Of a stretch of 64,000 bases of DNA, positions 1 to 14,295 are shown piece by piece. Every line of letters begins with the position of its first letter. The stretch's first letter is position 1. Below the pieces are notes generated by a model. The model had not been told where the DNA came from and made no database searches. It was given only the letters and a program-made list of their open reading frames with translations. The position numbers and the translations under genes were made by a program. Origin of the DNA: an uncultured Chloroflexia bacterium (GTDB lineage Bacteria; Chloroflexota; Limnocylindria; Limnocylindrales; CSP1-4); NCBI GenBank assembly GCA_963765245.1, contig CAVXVP010000006.1:124093-188092 (forward strand), read 5' to 3'.

Positions 1-573
1 AAGACGGCCGGGATCATCGGCGCCAGCCCGCGGACGTTGCGCCGCGAGTAGACCGCGCCGCACGCGTAGCTGAACGCCGCGCCGAGCAGGGCCAGCTCGC
101 CGATCACCGACGAGCCCGCGCCGGTCAGCCCGCGGCTGGTGATGATGACGACGCCGATGAAGCCGACCACGAGCCCGACGACGCCGTTGACCCGCATCGG
201 CTCGTCGGCGAGGAAGAGCGACGACAGGACGATCGCGAAGAGCGGCACCGGCGAGGTCAGGATCGCCGCCAGCGACGACTCGACCGACTGCTCGGCCCAG
301 GTGATCAGCAGGAACGGGATCGTGATGTTGATGATCGCCATCACCAGGAGGTGGCCGTAGATGCGTCGTTCGCGCGGCAGCGGCTGCTTGGCGATGCGGA
401 CGACGATCCACAAGAGGAGCGCGCCGACGACGAGCCGGAAGGCGACGAGCGTGAACGTCCCGAAGTCGTCGACCGCGAGCTTGATGAACAGGTAGCTCGA
501 GCCCCACATGAAGCCCAGCGCAAAGAAGACCAGCCAGTTGATGCGGTTGGCGCGGGCGTTCATCGGGGCATCA
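1..573 (-). CDS. EamA/DMT-family transporter (runs off window edge; N-terminal part present)
   Basis: Minus-strand ORF with ATG at 573-571. Translation MNARANRINWLVFFALGFMWGSSYLFIKLAVDDFGTFTLVAFRLVVGALLLW... is multi-TM with EamA-like duplicated halves. Confidence 0.7.
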
Positions 574-643
574 TAGCGGCGCTTGGCCTACGGCCATAGG
601 CCAAAAGAGTGGTTGGCGCCGGTCGGCGCGGCCTTCCGGGCCG

Positions 644-857
644 GGTTGATGCTTGATTTCGGCCGCTGGCGAACACGCCGCTGGCGTATGCCAATGGGCG
701 GCATCAAACGCCCACCTGCGGCCAAGGCGGCTGGTCGCATCGCCCTCCCTCCGCGCCGCACCCACGGCCGCGTCGGGCGATCCGTGCGCTGCGTGATGCC
801 GCCCATTGGCATCACGGATCGAGGTGGTTCCGGAGCCCCGAAATCAAGCATCAAACC
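644..857. repeat. Copy A of the interspersed nested-inverted-repeat (MITE-like) element
   Basis: Outer IR TTGATGCTTGATTTCGGCC (646-664) pairs with CCGAAATCAAGCATCAAAC (838-856). Inner IR TATGCCAATGGGCGGCATCA (687-709) pairs with TGATGCCGCCCATTGGCATCA (793-815). The same module recurs at 32832, 33355, 49609 and 60918. Confidence 0.6.
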
Positions 858-944
858 AGATGCGCGCGCGTCCATACCATCAGAACCCCGGCACAGCCGG
901 ATCCGTTGCATCCCGGGCGCCGCTGGTCGCCTACTTCCAGCGGG

Positions 945-1718
945 TCAGGATCGCCTCGCGGTCGAACAGCGCACGCCGACGCGCAGCCCGATCAGGCTCA
1001 CGATGAAGATGATCGCGGCCAGCAGGAGGTACCCGGTCGCCCCGACGAGCAGCGTGCCCGTCGCCTGGAGGAGGGTGATCGCGATGATCGGCACGACGAT
1101 GATGCCGCCGATCTGCTGGGCCACCCGCGGGTCGTTGACCCGCGCGCTGACGATGACCCCGGCGACGACCGACGACAGCCCGACCGCCGGCCCGAGGATG
1201 AAGACGCCGACCAGCCAGCTCGAATCGGTGACGACGCCGAACAGGTTCGGCCCGTAGACGATCGACGCGAGCGCGACGAACGCGATGTACGTGACCCAGC
1301 CGGCCAGGACGCCCGGCACGAGGGCGGCGATCGCCTTGCCGACGAGCAGCTCGAGGGTGCGGATCGGCGTCGCCAGGACCGGCTCCAGGGTTCGCGCCTG
1401 CTTCTCGCCGATGATCGAGAAGGTCGCGATCGAGAGCGGGATGTAGGCCGGCATCAGCAGGAAGAACGCGAGGAACTGCTGGACGGCGAACGCCCCCGCG
1501 AGCTCGGCCTCGGTGAAGCTCGCCCATTCCGGCCGCTGGGCGAGCACCTGCGTGGCCAGCTCGGGCGGCAGCGCGCGATTGCCGACCACCCCGGCCAGGG
1601 CCAGCGGGGCGATGGTGAGGATGACCGGCGGGATGAGGATCGTCGACATCAGCAGCCGGTTCCGAATGGTCTCCGACCACTCGCGGCGGAGGATGGTCGT
1701 CACGATCCGCGCGCGCAT
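945..1718 (-). CDS. ABC-2 type transporter permease
   Basis: 257 aa polytopic protein (MRARIVTTILRREWSETIRNRLLMSTILIPP...). Its ATG at 1718 is immediately downstream of the ATPase gene stop, a typical exporter pair. Confidence 0.75.
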   Translation of the reverse strand: MRARIVTTILRREWSETIRNRLLMSTILIPPVILTIAPLALAGVVGNRALPPELATQVLAQRPEWASFTEAELAGAFAVQQFLAFFLLMPAYIPLSIATFSIIGEKQARTLEPVLATPIRTLELLVGKAIAALVPGVLAGWVTYIAFVALASIVYGPNLFGVVTDSSWLVGVFILGPAVGLSSVVAGVIVSARVNDPRVAQQIGGIIVVPIIAITLLQATGTLLVGATGYLLLAAIIFIVSLIGLRVGVRCSTARRS

Positions 1719-2675
1719 CAGGCGGCCTCGTCGCGGTCGGGCCGGACGCCCATGACCTCGAAATAGACCTGCTCGAGGGTCGTCGCGCGCTCGCGGACGG
1801 TGACGATCGCCGCCCCGGCGCCGACCAGCGCCCGGACGAGGGCCGGCGTGACCGCCCCCGGATCGTCGGTGGCGACGACGAGCCGCAGGTCGGCGACCTC
1901 CACGGCCGTGACGCCGGGCACCGTCCGCGCCGCCGCGACCAGCTCGTCCGATGGCGCCTCGGCCAGCCCGATCTCGACGCCACGCCCGCCGAGCGAGTCA
2001 CGCAACCCCGCCGGCGAATCGACCCGCAACAGCCCGCCGCGCACGAACGCGACCCGGTCGCACAGCCGGTCGGCCTCGTCGAGGTTGTGCGTCGCGAGCA
2101 CGATCGTCCGGCCCGACCGCCGCAGGCTCTCGATCGCCTCGCGCACGACGTATGCCGCCTCCGGGTCGAGCGCCGCCGTCGGCTCGTCGAGGAAGACGAC
2201 GGCCGGCTCGTGGAGCAGTGCCCGGGCGATCGCCAGCTTCTGCTTCATGCCCTTGCTGAAGTTGCCGGCCACGTCGTCGCGCCGGTCCCACAGCGAGAAG
2301 AGGCGCAGGTAGTGCTCGATCCGCTCGGCGCGCGTCGCCGCGTCGAGGCCATAGAGCCGCCCGAAGAAATCGAGGTTGGCGCGTCGCCGACAGCTTGTCG
2401 TACAGCCCGGGCGTCTCGGTCAGGATCCCGACCCGCGCGCGGACCTCCTCCGGGCGTTCGGTCACGTCGAGGCCGTCGACCCAGGCGCGCCCCTCGGTCG
2501 GGGCGATCAGCGCGGTCAGCACCCGGACCGTCGTCGTCTTGCCCGCGCCGTTGGGTCCGAGCAGCCCGAGGACCTCGCCGCGGAGCACCTCGAGGTCGAC
2601 CCCGCGGACCGCCCACAGCTCCCCGAAGCGGCGGCCGAGACCGGTCGCTCGAAGCATCACGGGGTCTGGCGTCGT

Positions 2676-2677
<2 letters not shown>
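1718..2677 (-). CDS. ABC transporter ATP-binding protein (frameshifted around 2385)
   Basis: N-terminal part MTTPDPVMLRATGLGRRFGELWAVRGVDLEVLRGEVLGLLGPNGAGKTTTVRVL carries the Walker A motif. C-terminal part NFSKGMKQKLAIARALLHEPAVVFLDEPTAALD carries the signature and Walker B. The two parts lie in different frames joined by a 1-nt indel. Confidence 0.75.
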
Positions 2678-5738
<3,061 letters not shown>

Positions 5739-5741
5739 GCC

Positions 5742-7993
5742 GTGCCGATCGCCTGGTCGCCCGAGACCGCGCGAGCTCCACCTCCACAACGGGCGGATCA
5801 GCTACGTCGATGCGCGTCCACGACAACGGCACGCTCGGTCATCTCCATTTCGGCGCGGCGCTCGACCCGACTCGCTCGCACGCGCCACCTCGAGACCGAC
5901 GGGCTTCGCCGGTTTCTCGAACCGCGTCGGTGAGCCGGTCGCCGCTCGAATACCCGACGACCGGCAGCGGCGACTACCGGATCCCGGCCCTGACCGTCGA
6001 GCTCGCCGACGGCTCGACGGTGCTCGACCTCGTCTACCTGGAGCACCGGATCGTCCCCGGCAAACCGGCACGGCCCGACGGGCGACGGCCTCCCGGCGAC
6101 CTACGTCGAGTCCGATGACGAGGCGGACACGCTCGAGGTCGTCCTCGCCGACGCCCTGAGCGGCCTCGCGCGTCGAGCTCGTCGTACACGATCTTCCGCG
6201 ATCGCCCGGTCGTCGCCCGCAGCGCCCGCATCCGCAACGACGGCACCAGACACGATCCGCCTGACCGGCGCGATGAGCGCCGCCGCTCGACCTGCCCGAC
6301 GCCCGCTGGGAGTTCGTCCAGCTGAGCGGCGCGTGGGCCCGCGAGAACCACGTCGTCGACGCCGGCGACTGCGGCCCGGCCGCCAGTCGGTCGGCAGCGA
6401 CCGCGGCGTCGTCGAGCCACATCCACAACCCGTTCGTCGCGCTGCGCCGGGCGACCACGACCGAGGAGGACGGCGAGGCCTACGGCTTCAGCCTCGTCTA
6501 CTCGGGCAACTTCCTCGCCGAGGCCGAGGTCGACGCCTTCGACACGACCCGCGTCCGGCTCGGGATCAGCCCGAACACGTTCACCTGGACGCTCGAGCCC
6601 GGCGGCTCCTTCGCGACCCCCGAGGCCGTCCTGGTCTATTCGGACGCCGGTCTCGGCGCGATGAGCGACGCGCTCCACGGCCTCTATCGCGAGCGCCTCG
6701 CCCGCGGCACGTGGCGCGACAAGCCGCGGCCGGTGCTGCTCAACAACTGGGAGGGCGACCTACTTCGCCTTCGACGAGGCGAAGCTGCTCGAGATCGCGA
6801 CCGCGGCGCGCGACCTCGGGAGTCGAGCTGTTCGTGCTCGATGACGGCTGGTTCGGCGAGCGCGATACCGACAACCACCTCGCTCGGGGACTGGTTCGTC
6901 GACCGGCGCAAGCTGCCCAACGGTCTCGACGGCCTGGCGGCCAAGGTCGAGGCGCTCGGCATCGGGTTCGGTCTGTGGATCGAGCCCGAGATGATCAGCG
7001 AGCAGAGCCGGCTGTTCGAGGCGCACCCGGACTGGGCGATCGGCGTCCCCGGCCGGCCGCGGACGGAGAGCCGCCAGCAGCTCGTCCTCGACATGTCGCG
7101 GCCCGGAGATCGTCGACCACCTCTTCGGCGTCCTGTCGGAGGTGCTGGCCAGCGCCCCGATCTCGTACATCAAGTGGGACATGAACCGGACGATCACCGA
7201 GCCGTTCAGCACTCGCGCTGCCGGCGGATCGCCAGGGCGAGTTCTTCCACCGCTACATCCTCGGCGTCTACGACCTGTACGCCCGGCTGACGGCGGCCTT
7301 TCCCGGAGGTCCTGTTCGAGTCGTGCGCCGGCGGCGGCGGCCGGTTCGACCCGGGGCTGCTCGCCTACGCGCCGCAGGCCTGGACGAGCGACGACACCGA
7401 CGCCGTCGAGCGTCTGCGGATCCAGTGGGGGACGTCGCTGGCGTACCCGCTGAGCTCGATGGGCGCGCACGTCGCCGCCGTCCCGAACCACCAGACCAGC
7501 CGGATCACGCCGATCGAGACGCGCGCCGCGGTGGCGTTCTTCGGCGTCTTCGGCTACGAGCTCGACCCGACGACCCTCGGCGCCGACGACCAGCGCGCCA
7601 TCGCCGACCAGATCGCCTTCTACAAGACCCATCGCGACCTCTTCCAGCGCGGGCGGTTCGTCCGCCTGCGCAGCCCGTTCGAGGGCGGCGGCAACCAGAC
7701 CGCCTGGATGGTCGTCGCGCCCGACGCGTCGAGGGCGATCGTCGGCTACTACCAGGTCCTCAACCGGCCGGTGCCCGCCGCCGACCGGCTGCGGCTGCGC
7801 GGGCTGGACCCGCGAAACCGTCTATCGCGTCTCGGGCTGGCCGGACGTCGACGACCGGCTGTTTCGCGACAACGCCGGAGAGCGCGGCGGCGACGAGCTG
7901 ATGCGCGTCGGCCTGTCGCTCAGCGCCGACCGGCACGACGCCGACCAGTGGGGCGACTTCAAGGCCTGGCTGTTCGTCCTCGAGGCGATCTAG
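5742..7993 (+). pseudogene. alpha-galactosidase (GH36) with multiple frameshifts
   Basis: Segments LHLHNGRISYV, MRVHDNGTLGHLHFGAAL, EYPTTGSGDYRIPALTVELADGSTVLDLVY, LPDARWEFVQLSGAWARENH, FVLDDGWFGERDTD, GLWIEPEMISEQS, ISYIKWDMNRTITEP, FESCAGGGGRFDPG and C-terminus FKAWLFVLEAI are spread over three frames. Stop at 7991-7993. Confidence 0.75.
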
Positions 7994-8147
7994 GCGCACG
8001 ATCCGCAAGGTGGTGCGCGCAGTCACCCATTTACGGTTCTGTGACATCCGCCTCCGAACCGATCCGGACCATACTCACGACACGCGACGGTGCACATGCC
8101 CCGCGCGGCGACGAAGCCCAACGTCGACTCGCATGCGCCTCGGAGAA

Positions 8148-8502
8148 ATGGCCATGACGGCGTTCGGATGGTTGGATCGACTGACCCTGCGGTTGTTCCT
8201 CGCGCAGGGCGCCGACGTCGTGACGTTCCTCGTGCTTCTACCTGCTGGTCGGACCGTCGGTCCATGCCGAGCGCAACCCGCTCATCCTCGGGTTGATGGC
8301 GCTCGGTGGACTGGCTGCCGTCGGTGTCTTCAAGATGGCCGTGACCTTGATCGTCATCTACCGCTACGGCCACGCGGCGCCCGTGAAGCACACCTGGTTC
8401 ATCCCGCTCCGGACGATCGCGATCTCGGCGGCGACGGCGTCGGGCATCGTCGGCGCGGGGTTCAACCTGAGCGCGATCATCGGCGCCCACTGGATGGGCT
8501 GA
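8148..8502 (+). CDS. small hypothetical membrane protein (one frameshift near 8240)
   Basis: MAMTAFGWLDRLTLRLFLAQGADVVTFLVLLPAG then shifts to ...ILGLMALGGLAAVGVFKMAVTLIVIYRYGHAAPVKHTWFIPLRTIAISAATASGIVGAGFNLSAIIGAHWMG. Hydrophobic, no assignable family. Confidence 0.35.
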
Positions 8503-8522
8503 GCGGGCGGCCAGCCGGTGGC

Positions 8523-9446
8523 CTAGCCCTTCGTCGACCCCAGCGTCAGCCCGCGCACGAACTGCTTCTGGAGCACGAAGTACACGACGATCGTCGGGAG
8601 GCCACGATGCATGATCGCGCCGGCGGCGAGCAGGTTGTTGTCCGTGAAGAACTGACCCTGCAGGTTGTTCAGCGCCGACGTGATCGGCCGCTTGTTGCCG
8701 GTGAACATCAGGACCAGCGCCCAGAAGAAGTCGTTGTAGATGAACGTGAACTCGAGCGTGGCGAGCGCGGCCAGCGGCGGCTTGCACAGCGGCAGGATGA
8801 CCTGCCAGTAGGTCCGCAAGACCGACGCGCCGTCGACGAGCGCGGCCTCGGTCAGCTCCTTGCGGCATCGTCTTCATGTAGTTGCTCAGCACGAAGGTGC
8901 AGAAGCCGAGCTGGAAGGCGATGTGGATCAGCATGATCCCGAAGTACTGGTCGTACCAGACGCCGTTGTCGCTCAGCGGCGCCGGCAGCGGCAGGCCAGG
9001 TAGATCCGGTAGAGCGGCGTGATGATGACCTGGGCCGGCAGCAGGTTGCCCGCCGTGAACAGCATCAGCAGGAACAGGTTGAACTTGAAGCTGAAGCGCG
9101 ACACGGCGAACGCGATCATCGACGCGAGCAGCAGGACGATGATCACCGCCGGGACCAGGATGACGATGCGTGTTCAGGAAGAACTGCGGGATGTTCGCCC
9201 TGGTCCCAGGCGTTGAAGTAGTTGTCGAGGCTCAGGCTCTGGGCGATCGAGACGTAGCCGTTCTTGGCCGTGTCGCCGATACGGCCGGAACGAGGTGTAG
9301 ACGCGTCCACAGCGAGCGGGAACAGCCAGAGCAGCGAGATGACGATGAGGAACGCGTGGAGCGCGACCCGGCCGGTCGGATGCCGCGCTTCGGTCGGTGA
9401 CGACGGCTCGCGCGGGACCGACCCGTTCCTCGGCGACGGCGGTCAT
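8523..9446 (-). CDS. carbohydrate ABC transporter permease (MalG-like), frameshifted
   Basis: C-terminal ORF ...ATLEFTFIYNDFFWALVLMFTGNKRPITSALNNLQG... with an EAA-like region ELTEAALVDGASVLRTYWQVILP reconstructed across frames. N-terminus MTAVAEERVGPARAVV. Confidence 0.7.
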
Positions 9447-9457
9447 TCGGGCGCCTC

Positions 9458-10383
9458 GAAGGTGCGGGTCAGGAACACGATGATCGGCCCGACCGAGATC
9501 AGCAGCAGGACCACCGCGATGGCCGAGCCGAACCCGACCCGGCACGACTCACCGACGATGTTCTGGGTGATCAGCACCGACAGCAGCTCGAGGCCGTTCT
9601 GGCCCTTGTTGATGACGTACACGATGTCGAACGCGCGCAGCGATTCGATGACCGTGATGACGAGGATCGACGACGTTGATCGGCTTCAGGACCGGGCAAG
9701 ACCACCCGGAAGAACGTCTGGCGCTCCGATGGCGCCGTCGATCGCGGCGGCCTCCCGCAGCGACGGGTCGACGCTCTTCAGCCCGGCCAGGTAGAGGACC
9801 ATGATGTAGCCGATGTGGCGCCAGCTCGCCGCGACGAGGACGGCCGCCAGGTTGATGTTCTTGTCACCGAGCCAGCTGATCGTGCCCGATGTTCGGGAAG
9901 AATTGTGGATGACGTTGTTGATGAACCCCTCCTCCGGCGCGTACTGCAGCTGCCAGATGAACCCGACGATCGCCAGCGACAGGACGACCGGCAGGTAGAT
10001 CGCGCTCTGGTAGATGCGCGTCCCGCGGATGTTCTTGTCGAGCAGGACCGCGAAGAAGATGCCGATCGGCGTCGCGATGAACAGGAACGTCAGCAGCCAG
10101 ACGAGGTTGTGCTGGAGCGGCCGGCCAGAACGGCGGGTACCGCGTGAACATGTTCACGTAGTTGTCGATGCCGACGAACTTGATCCGTTCGAGGCCGCCG
10201 ATCCCGTTCCAGGACGTGAACGACAGGAAGATCGACGAGATCGTCGGGACCCACACCAGGAAGATGTGGATGAACGCCGGGATCCCGACCGCGAGGCCGA
10301 GGACGACCTTGTCCTGGCGGGTCAGGATGCGAGTAACGCCGCCGGCGTCTGGGGGCACCGGCGGCGTTCGACGAGACAGCCAT
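9458..10383 (-). CDS. carbohydrate ABC transporter permease (MalF-like), frameshifted
   Basis: ILTRQDKVVLGLAVGIPAFIHIFLVWVPTISSIFLSFTSWNGIGGLERIKFVGIDNYVNMF... ends ...LTRTFEAPE. Sits between the binding protein and the MalG-like gene. Confidence 0.7.
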
Positions 10384-10429
10384 GCGGTCAGACCTCCTGC
10401 GAGGGGGTCAGTGTACGGCTGACGTTGGA

Positions 10430-11829
10430 TCAGGAGATGCCGAGCGAGTCCCAGAAGTCCTGGATGCTCTTGAGGTAGGCGGTCATGTCCTGGTCGGGGT
10501 TCGTCAGCCACGTCTGCAGGAAGCTCTGCATCTGCTTGGCGAAGGCCGGGTCGGTGTCACGGTCGAGGAACTGGGCGATCGCCTTGCGATCCGCCGATGA
10601 TCTCGGCCGACTTCTTCTGGAAGGCCGAGTAGCCGCTCGTGTCCGCGTCGTTGCCCGGCAGCCACGCTGTTCGGGTTGGCGACGAGGAAGGTGATCTGGG
10701 CTCGGCCCGTAGACGAGGTACTCGAGGAACGCCATGGCCGCGTCCTTGTCGGCCGCCAGGGTCGGCGACTTGGCGGTCATCATGAACCCGTCGATCGGGG
10801 CGTCGATGCCGAGCTCGCTGTCGAACTCGGTGCCCGAGGGTCGGGAACGGGAAGAAGTCGAGGTCGTCGTGGTCGGCCTGCGCGGTCGCCTGCTGGCCGG
10901 CGAAGGTGCCGAGGAAGTACATCCCGGCCTTCTTCTGGACGAGCAGGTTGGCTGTGTCCTGCCAGGTCCGGCCGAGGGCGGCGGAGATGTCACCGTTGAA
11001 CGGCAGGAGCTCCTTCCAGGCGTCGAAGACGGCCGCGGTCTTCGGGTCGGTCCACTTCTGGGCGCCCTTCATGAGCTCGATGTGGTACTGGTAGCCGTTG
11101 ACCCGCATGTTCAGGATGTCGAACGTGCCCATCGCGGGCCAGCCGTCCTTGTCGCCGAACGCGAGCGGGGTCAGGCCGTCGGCCTTCATCTTCGTCGCCA
11201 GGGCCTTGAACTCGTCCCACGTCTTGGGGACCGTGTAGCCCTTGTCGGCGAAGACGCTCTTGCGGTAGATGACGACCCACGGGTAGTTGTAGAACGGGAC
11301 GAAGTACTGCTTGCTGTCGTTGCCCGTCGACGACGCCTTGAACGCGTCGCTGAAGTTGCGCGCCGATCTTGGCCCACAGGTCGCTCGAGGTCGGTGGCGA
11401 GGCCCTGATCGGCGAAGAAGCGCATCCGGTAGCCGGCGAACCACGTGAACACGTCGTCCGGCGTGCCCTGGAGGTAGGTGCTGATCTGGTCCTGGAACGT
11501 GTTGTGGTCGACCGTGTTGACCTTGACGGCGATGCCGGTCTTGGCCGTGAACGCGTCGACGACGGCCTGCATGGCCTTCGTGTCGGTGTCCTTGTTCGAG
11601 TAGTTCGACCCGAAGGTGACCGAGCCGGTGGCGGCGCTGGCGCCCGCCGACGGCGGCCGGCGCGCTGGCGGCCGACGTCGCGGCGGGGGGTGCGCTCGGC
11701 GCGGTCGAGGCTGCCGGGCGTGCTGCAGGCGGCCATGATCGCGGGGATCGACACGAGGCCGGCGGCGCCGGCGAGGCCCTTGAGAACGGTCCGTCTGGAG
11801 AGCGCGTCCACCCGAATGGGATCTGCCAT
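10430..11829 (-). CDS. sugar ABC transporter substrate-binding protein (Tat/lipoprotein signal), multiple frameshifts
   Basis: Start MADPIRVDALSRRTVLKGLAGAAGLVSIPAIMAACS. Internal YNYPWVVIYRKSVFADKGYTVPKTWDEFKALATKMKADGLTPLAFGDKDGWPAMGTFDILNMRVNGYQYH... is typical of family 1 sugar binding proteins. Pieces lie in three frames. Confidence 0.7.
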
Positions 11830-11870
11830 GGCGTGTACTCCTCCTCAGATGCTGCCCGACAAAATCCGAC

Positions 11871-11985
11871 AGGATCAGCCGGATTGTCCCTACCTGCAAC
11901 CCTTGTGTCAAGACATCGTAATGGATGTTGGCGGGTCTTTGTGGGAATACGTTGACTTTCTGTGCTGTTCGGCGGCAATCTGTCG
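11871..11985. promoter_or_regulatory. divergent promoter region with two inverted ATCCGACAG / CTGTCGGAT sites (candidate DeoR operators)
   Basis: AAATCCGACAGGATCAG at about 11871 and CAATCTGTCGGATCAG at about 11968 are reverse complements about 95 bp apart. They lie in the AT-richer intergenic region between the binding-protein gene (-) and the DeoR gene (+). Confidence 0.3.
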
Positions 11986-12012
11986 GATCAGAAGGGGGAG
12001 GTGCGTCACTCG

Positions 12013-12828
12013 ATGCTCGCCCGGCAGCGCCAGGCATTCATCCTCGATCGCGTGCGCGAGGACGGCGCGGTCCGCGTGGCCGACCTCGTGCGCGAGCTCG
12101 GCGTCTCCGACATGACCGTTCGCCGCGATCTCGAGATCCTCGACGAGCGCGGGCTGCTCGAGAAGGTCCACGGCGGGGCGACGTCGATCGCGGGCACGGC
12201 GCTGTTCGAACCCGGGTTCGCGGCCAAGTCGGCGCTCCAGCAGAGCGAGAAGGACGCCATCGCCGATGCGGCGGTCGCGCTCGCCGAACCCGGGATGGCC
12301 GTCGCGGTCTCGGCCGGGACGACGACCTACGCGCTCGCCCAGCGGCTGGGCGTCGTCCCGGGCCTGACCGTGGTGACCAACTCGGTCCGGGTCGCGGATG
12401 TCCTCCACCAGGTCGGGCGCAGCGACCAGACGATCATCCTGACCGGCGGCGTCCGCACGCCGTCCGACGCGCTGGTCGGCCCGTTCGCCGTCGCCGCGCT
12501 GCGGACCGTCCACGTCGACCTCGTCTTCGTCGGTGTCCACGGCATGGACCCGCGGTCCGGGTTCACCTGCCCGAACCTCCTCGAGGCCGACACCGACCGG
12601 GCGCTGATCGACGCCGGCCGCCGGCTCGTCGTCGTGGCCGACCATTCGAAGTGGGGGGTCATCGGCATCAGCTCGATCGCGCGGCTCGACCAGGCCGACG
12701 TGCTCATCACCGACGCCGGGATCAGCCCGGAGGCACGGGTGATCCTGTCCGACGCGGTCCGGGAGCTGATCGTGGTCGACCCGGGCGCCTCGACGCGGGT
12801 CGCGCTCGACGCTGCTCATGCCAACTGA
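12013..12828 (+). CDS. DeoR family transcriptional regulator (intact)
   Basis: MLARQRQAFILDRVREDGAVRVADLVRELGVSDMTVRRDLEILDERGLLEKVHGGA... has an HTH N-terminus and a DeoR C-terminal sugar-binding domain. Stop at 12826-12828 overlaps the galT start. Confidence 0.8.
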   Translation: MLARQRQAFILDRVREDGAVRVADLVRELGVSDMTVRRDLEILDERGLLEKVHGGATSIAGTALFEPGFAAKSALQQSEKDAIADAAVALAEPGMAVAVSAGTTTYALAQRLGVVPGLTVVTNSVRVADVLHQVGRSDQTIILTGGVRTPSDALVGPFAVAALRTVHVDLVFVGVHGMDPRSGFTCPNLLEADTDRALIDAGRRLVVVADHSKWGVIGISSIARLDQADVLITDAGISPEARVILSDAVRELIVVDPGASTRVALDAAHAN

Positions 12829-13972
12829 GCCAGGCGTGGGGCGGTCGGGCCGGTCGCGGTCGTGCGGAGCTCGCCCGCCTCGCGGGTGAGCCCCATCGCC
12901 GCTACAACCCGCTGATCGACGACTGGGTCCTGGTCTCGGCCGGACGCACCAGGCGGCCGTGGCTCGGCGCCGAGGAGCCCGAACCGGAGCGGCCGAGCCT
13001 CGCGTTCGACCCGGACTGCTACCTCTGTCCGGGCAACACGCGCGCGAACGGCAACATCAACCCGGACTACTCGGAGACGTACGTCTTCACCAACGACTTC
13101 TCGGCGCTGCGTCCGGATACCTCGATCGCGGCGTTCGACGACGGGCTCCTGCGGGCCGAGGGCGAGCGCGGCTCGTGCCGGGTCGTCTGCTTCTCGCCGC
13201 GCCACGACCTGACCCTCGGGGCTGATGGCGCCCGACGCCGTCCGCCGCGTCGTCGACGTGTGGGCCGAGCAGACCGCCGAGCTCGGCGCCGAATACCGCT
13301 GGGTCCAGGTCTTCGAGAACCGCGGCGAGGCGATGGGCGCCTCGAACCCGCACCCGCACGGCCAGATCTGGGCCGGGACGGCACTGCCGGGTGATGCCGC
13401 GCGCGAGGACACCTCGCAGCTCGCCCACCTGGCCGCGACCGGGCAAGCCGTTGCTGCTCGATTACGTCGACCACGAGTCGGGCGGCCAGCGGGTCATCGT
13501 CGAGACCGACGAGTGGCTGGTCGTCGTGCCGTTCTGGGCGGCCTGGCCGTTCGAGACGCTGCTCGTGCCCAAGCGTCCCGCCGCGCGCCTGACCGATCTC
13601 GATGACGCATCGCGCGACGACCTGGCGGTCGTCCTCCACGAGCTGATCGCCCGCTATGACGGGTTGTTCAAGCGGCCGTTCCCGTACTCGATGGGCTGGC
13701 ACCAGGCGCCGTTCGGCGATGGACCGACCGACCACTGGCAGGTCCACGCGCACTTCTATCCGCCGCTGCTGCGCGCCAACGTGCGCAAGTTCATGGTCGG
13801 CTACGAGCTGCTGGCCGAGACCCAGCGCGACCTGACCGCCGAGGACGCGGCCGGTCGCCTGCGGGCGGTCAAGCTGGAGGGGTCGTCGCGCCGGCCATCG
13901 CTGCGAGCGAACCCGAGGCCAGCCGAACACGGTCTGACGATCCGTCCGACCCGGGCGCGCCGCCGGCCGTGA
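12819..13972 (+). CDS. galT: galactose-1-phosphate uridylyltransferase (GalT), 2-3 frameshifts
   Basis: [87 protein letters not shown] and [26 protein letters not shown] are collinear with E. coli GalT. Confidence 0.8.
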
Positions 13973-14295
13973 CGGATCCTGGCGCGAATGACGCGTCGAT
14001 TCGATCGCTGCCGCGAGGACGGGCGATCGCCGGATGACCCGGCGTCGGGGCGGGCTCGCGCTCCGAATCGGGCTGGTCGACCCGTCGTTGCCCTCGGCGG
14101 GCAGCGGCCGCATGGGGACCGGGATCATCACGCGGGGCCGAGGAATGCCCCAGCGTTGCCTTCAGCCCGGCGCGGATGGTGGCTCATCGTCCTCCTGGTG
14201 CCAACGGTGGCCCCGATCCTTGGAGACGTCAATAGCACGTCAGCCGTTCGACGCCGTCGGCGCCGGGTAGCATGGGCACCTCACGAGGGAGGCAC

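Noticed and set aside
906-2001. Long overlapping ORFs rich in Arg/Asp/Pro (e.g. 906-1766 +, 931-2001 -) on both strands across the ABC genes
   Set aside because: Low-complexity RDRP-type translations typical of antisense or out-of-frame reading in 70% GC DNA. The in-frame ABC permease and ATPase explain the region.
8010-8936. 308 aa plus-strand ORF antisense to the MalG-like permease
   Set aside because: Arg/Gly-rich low-complexity translation. The minus-strand permease has clear homology.
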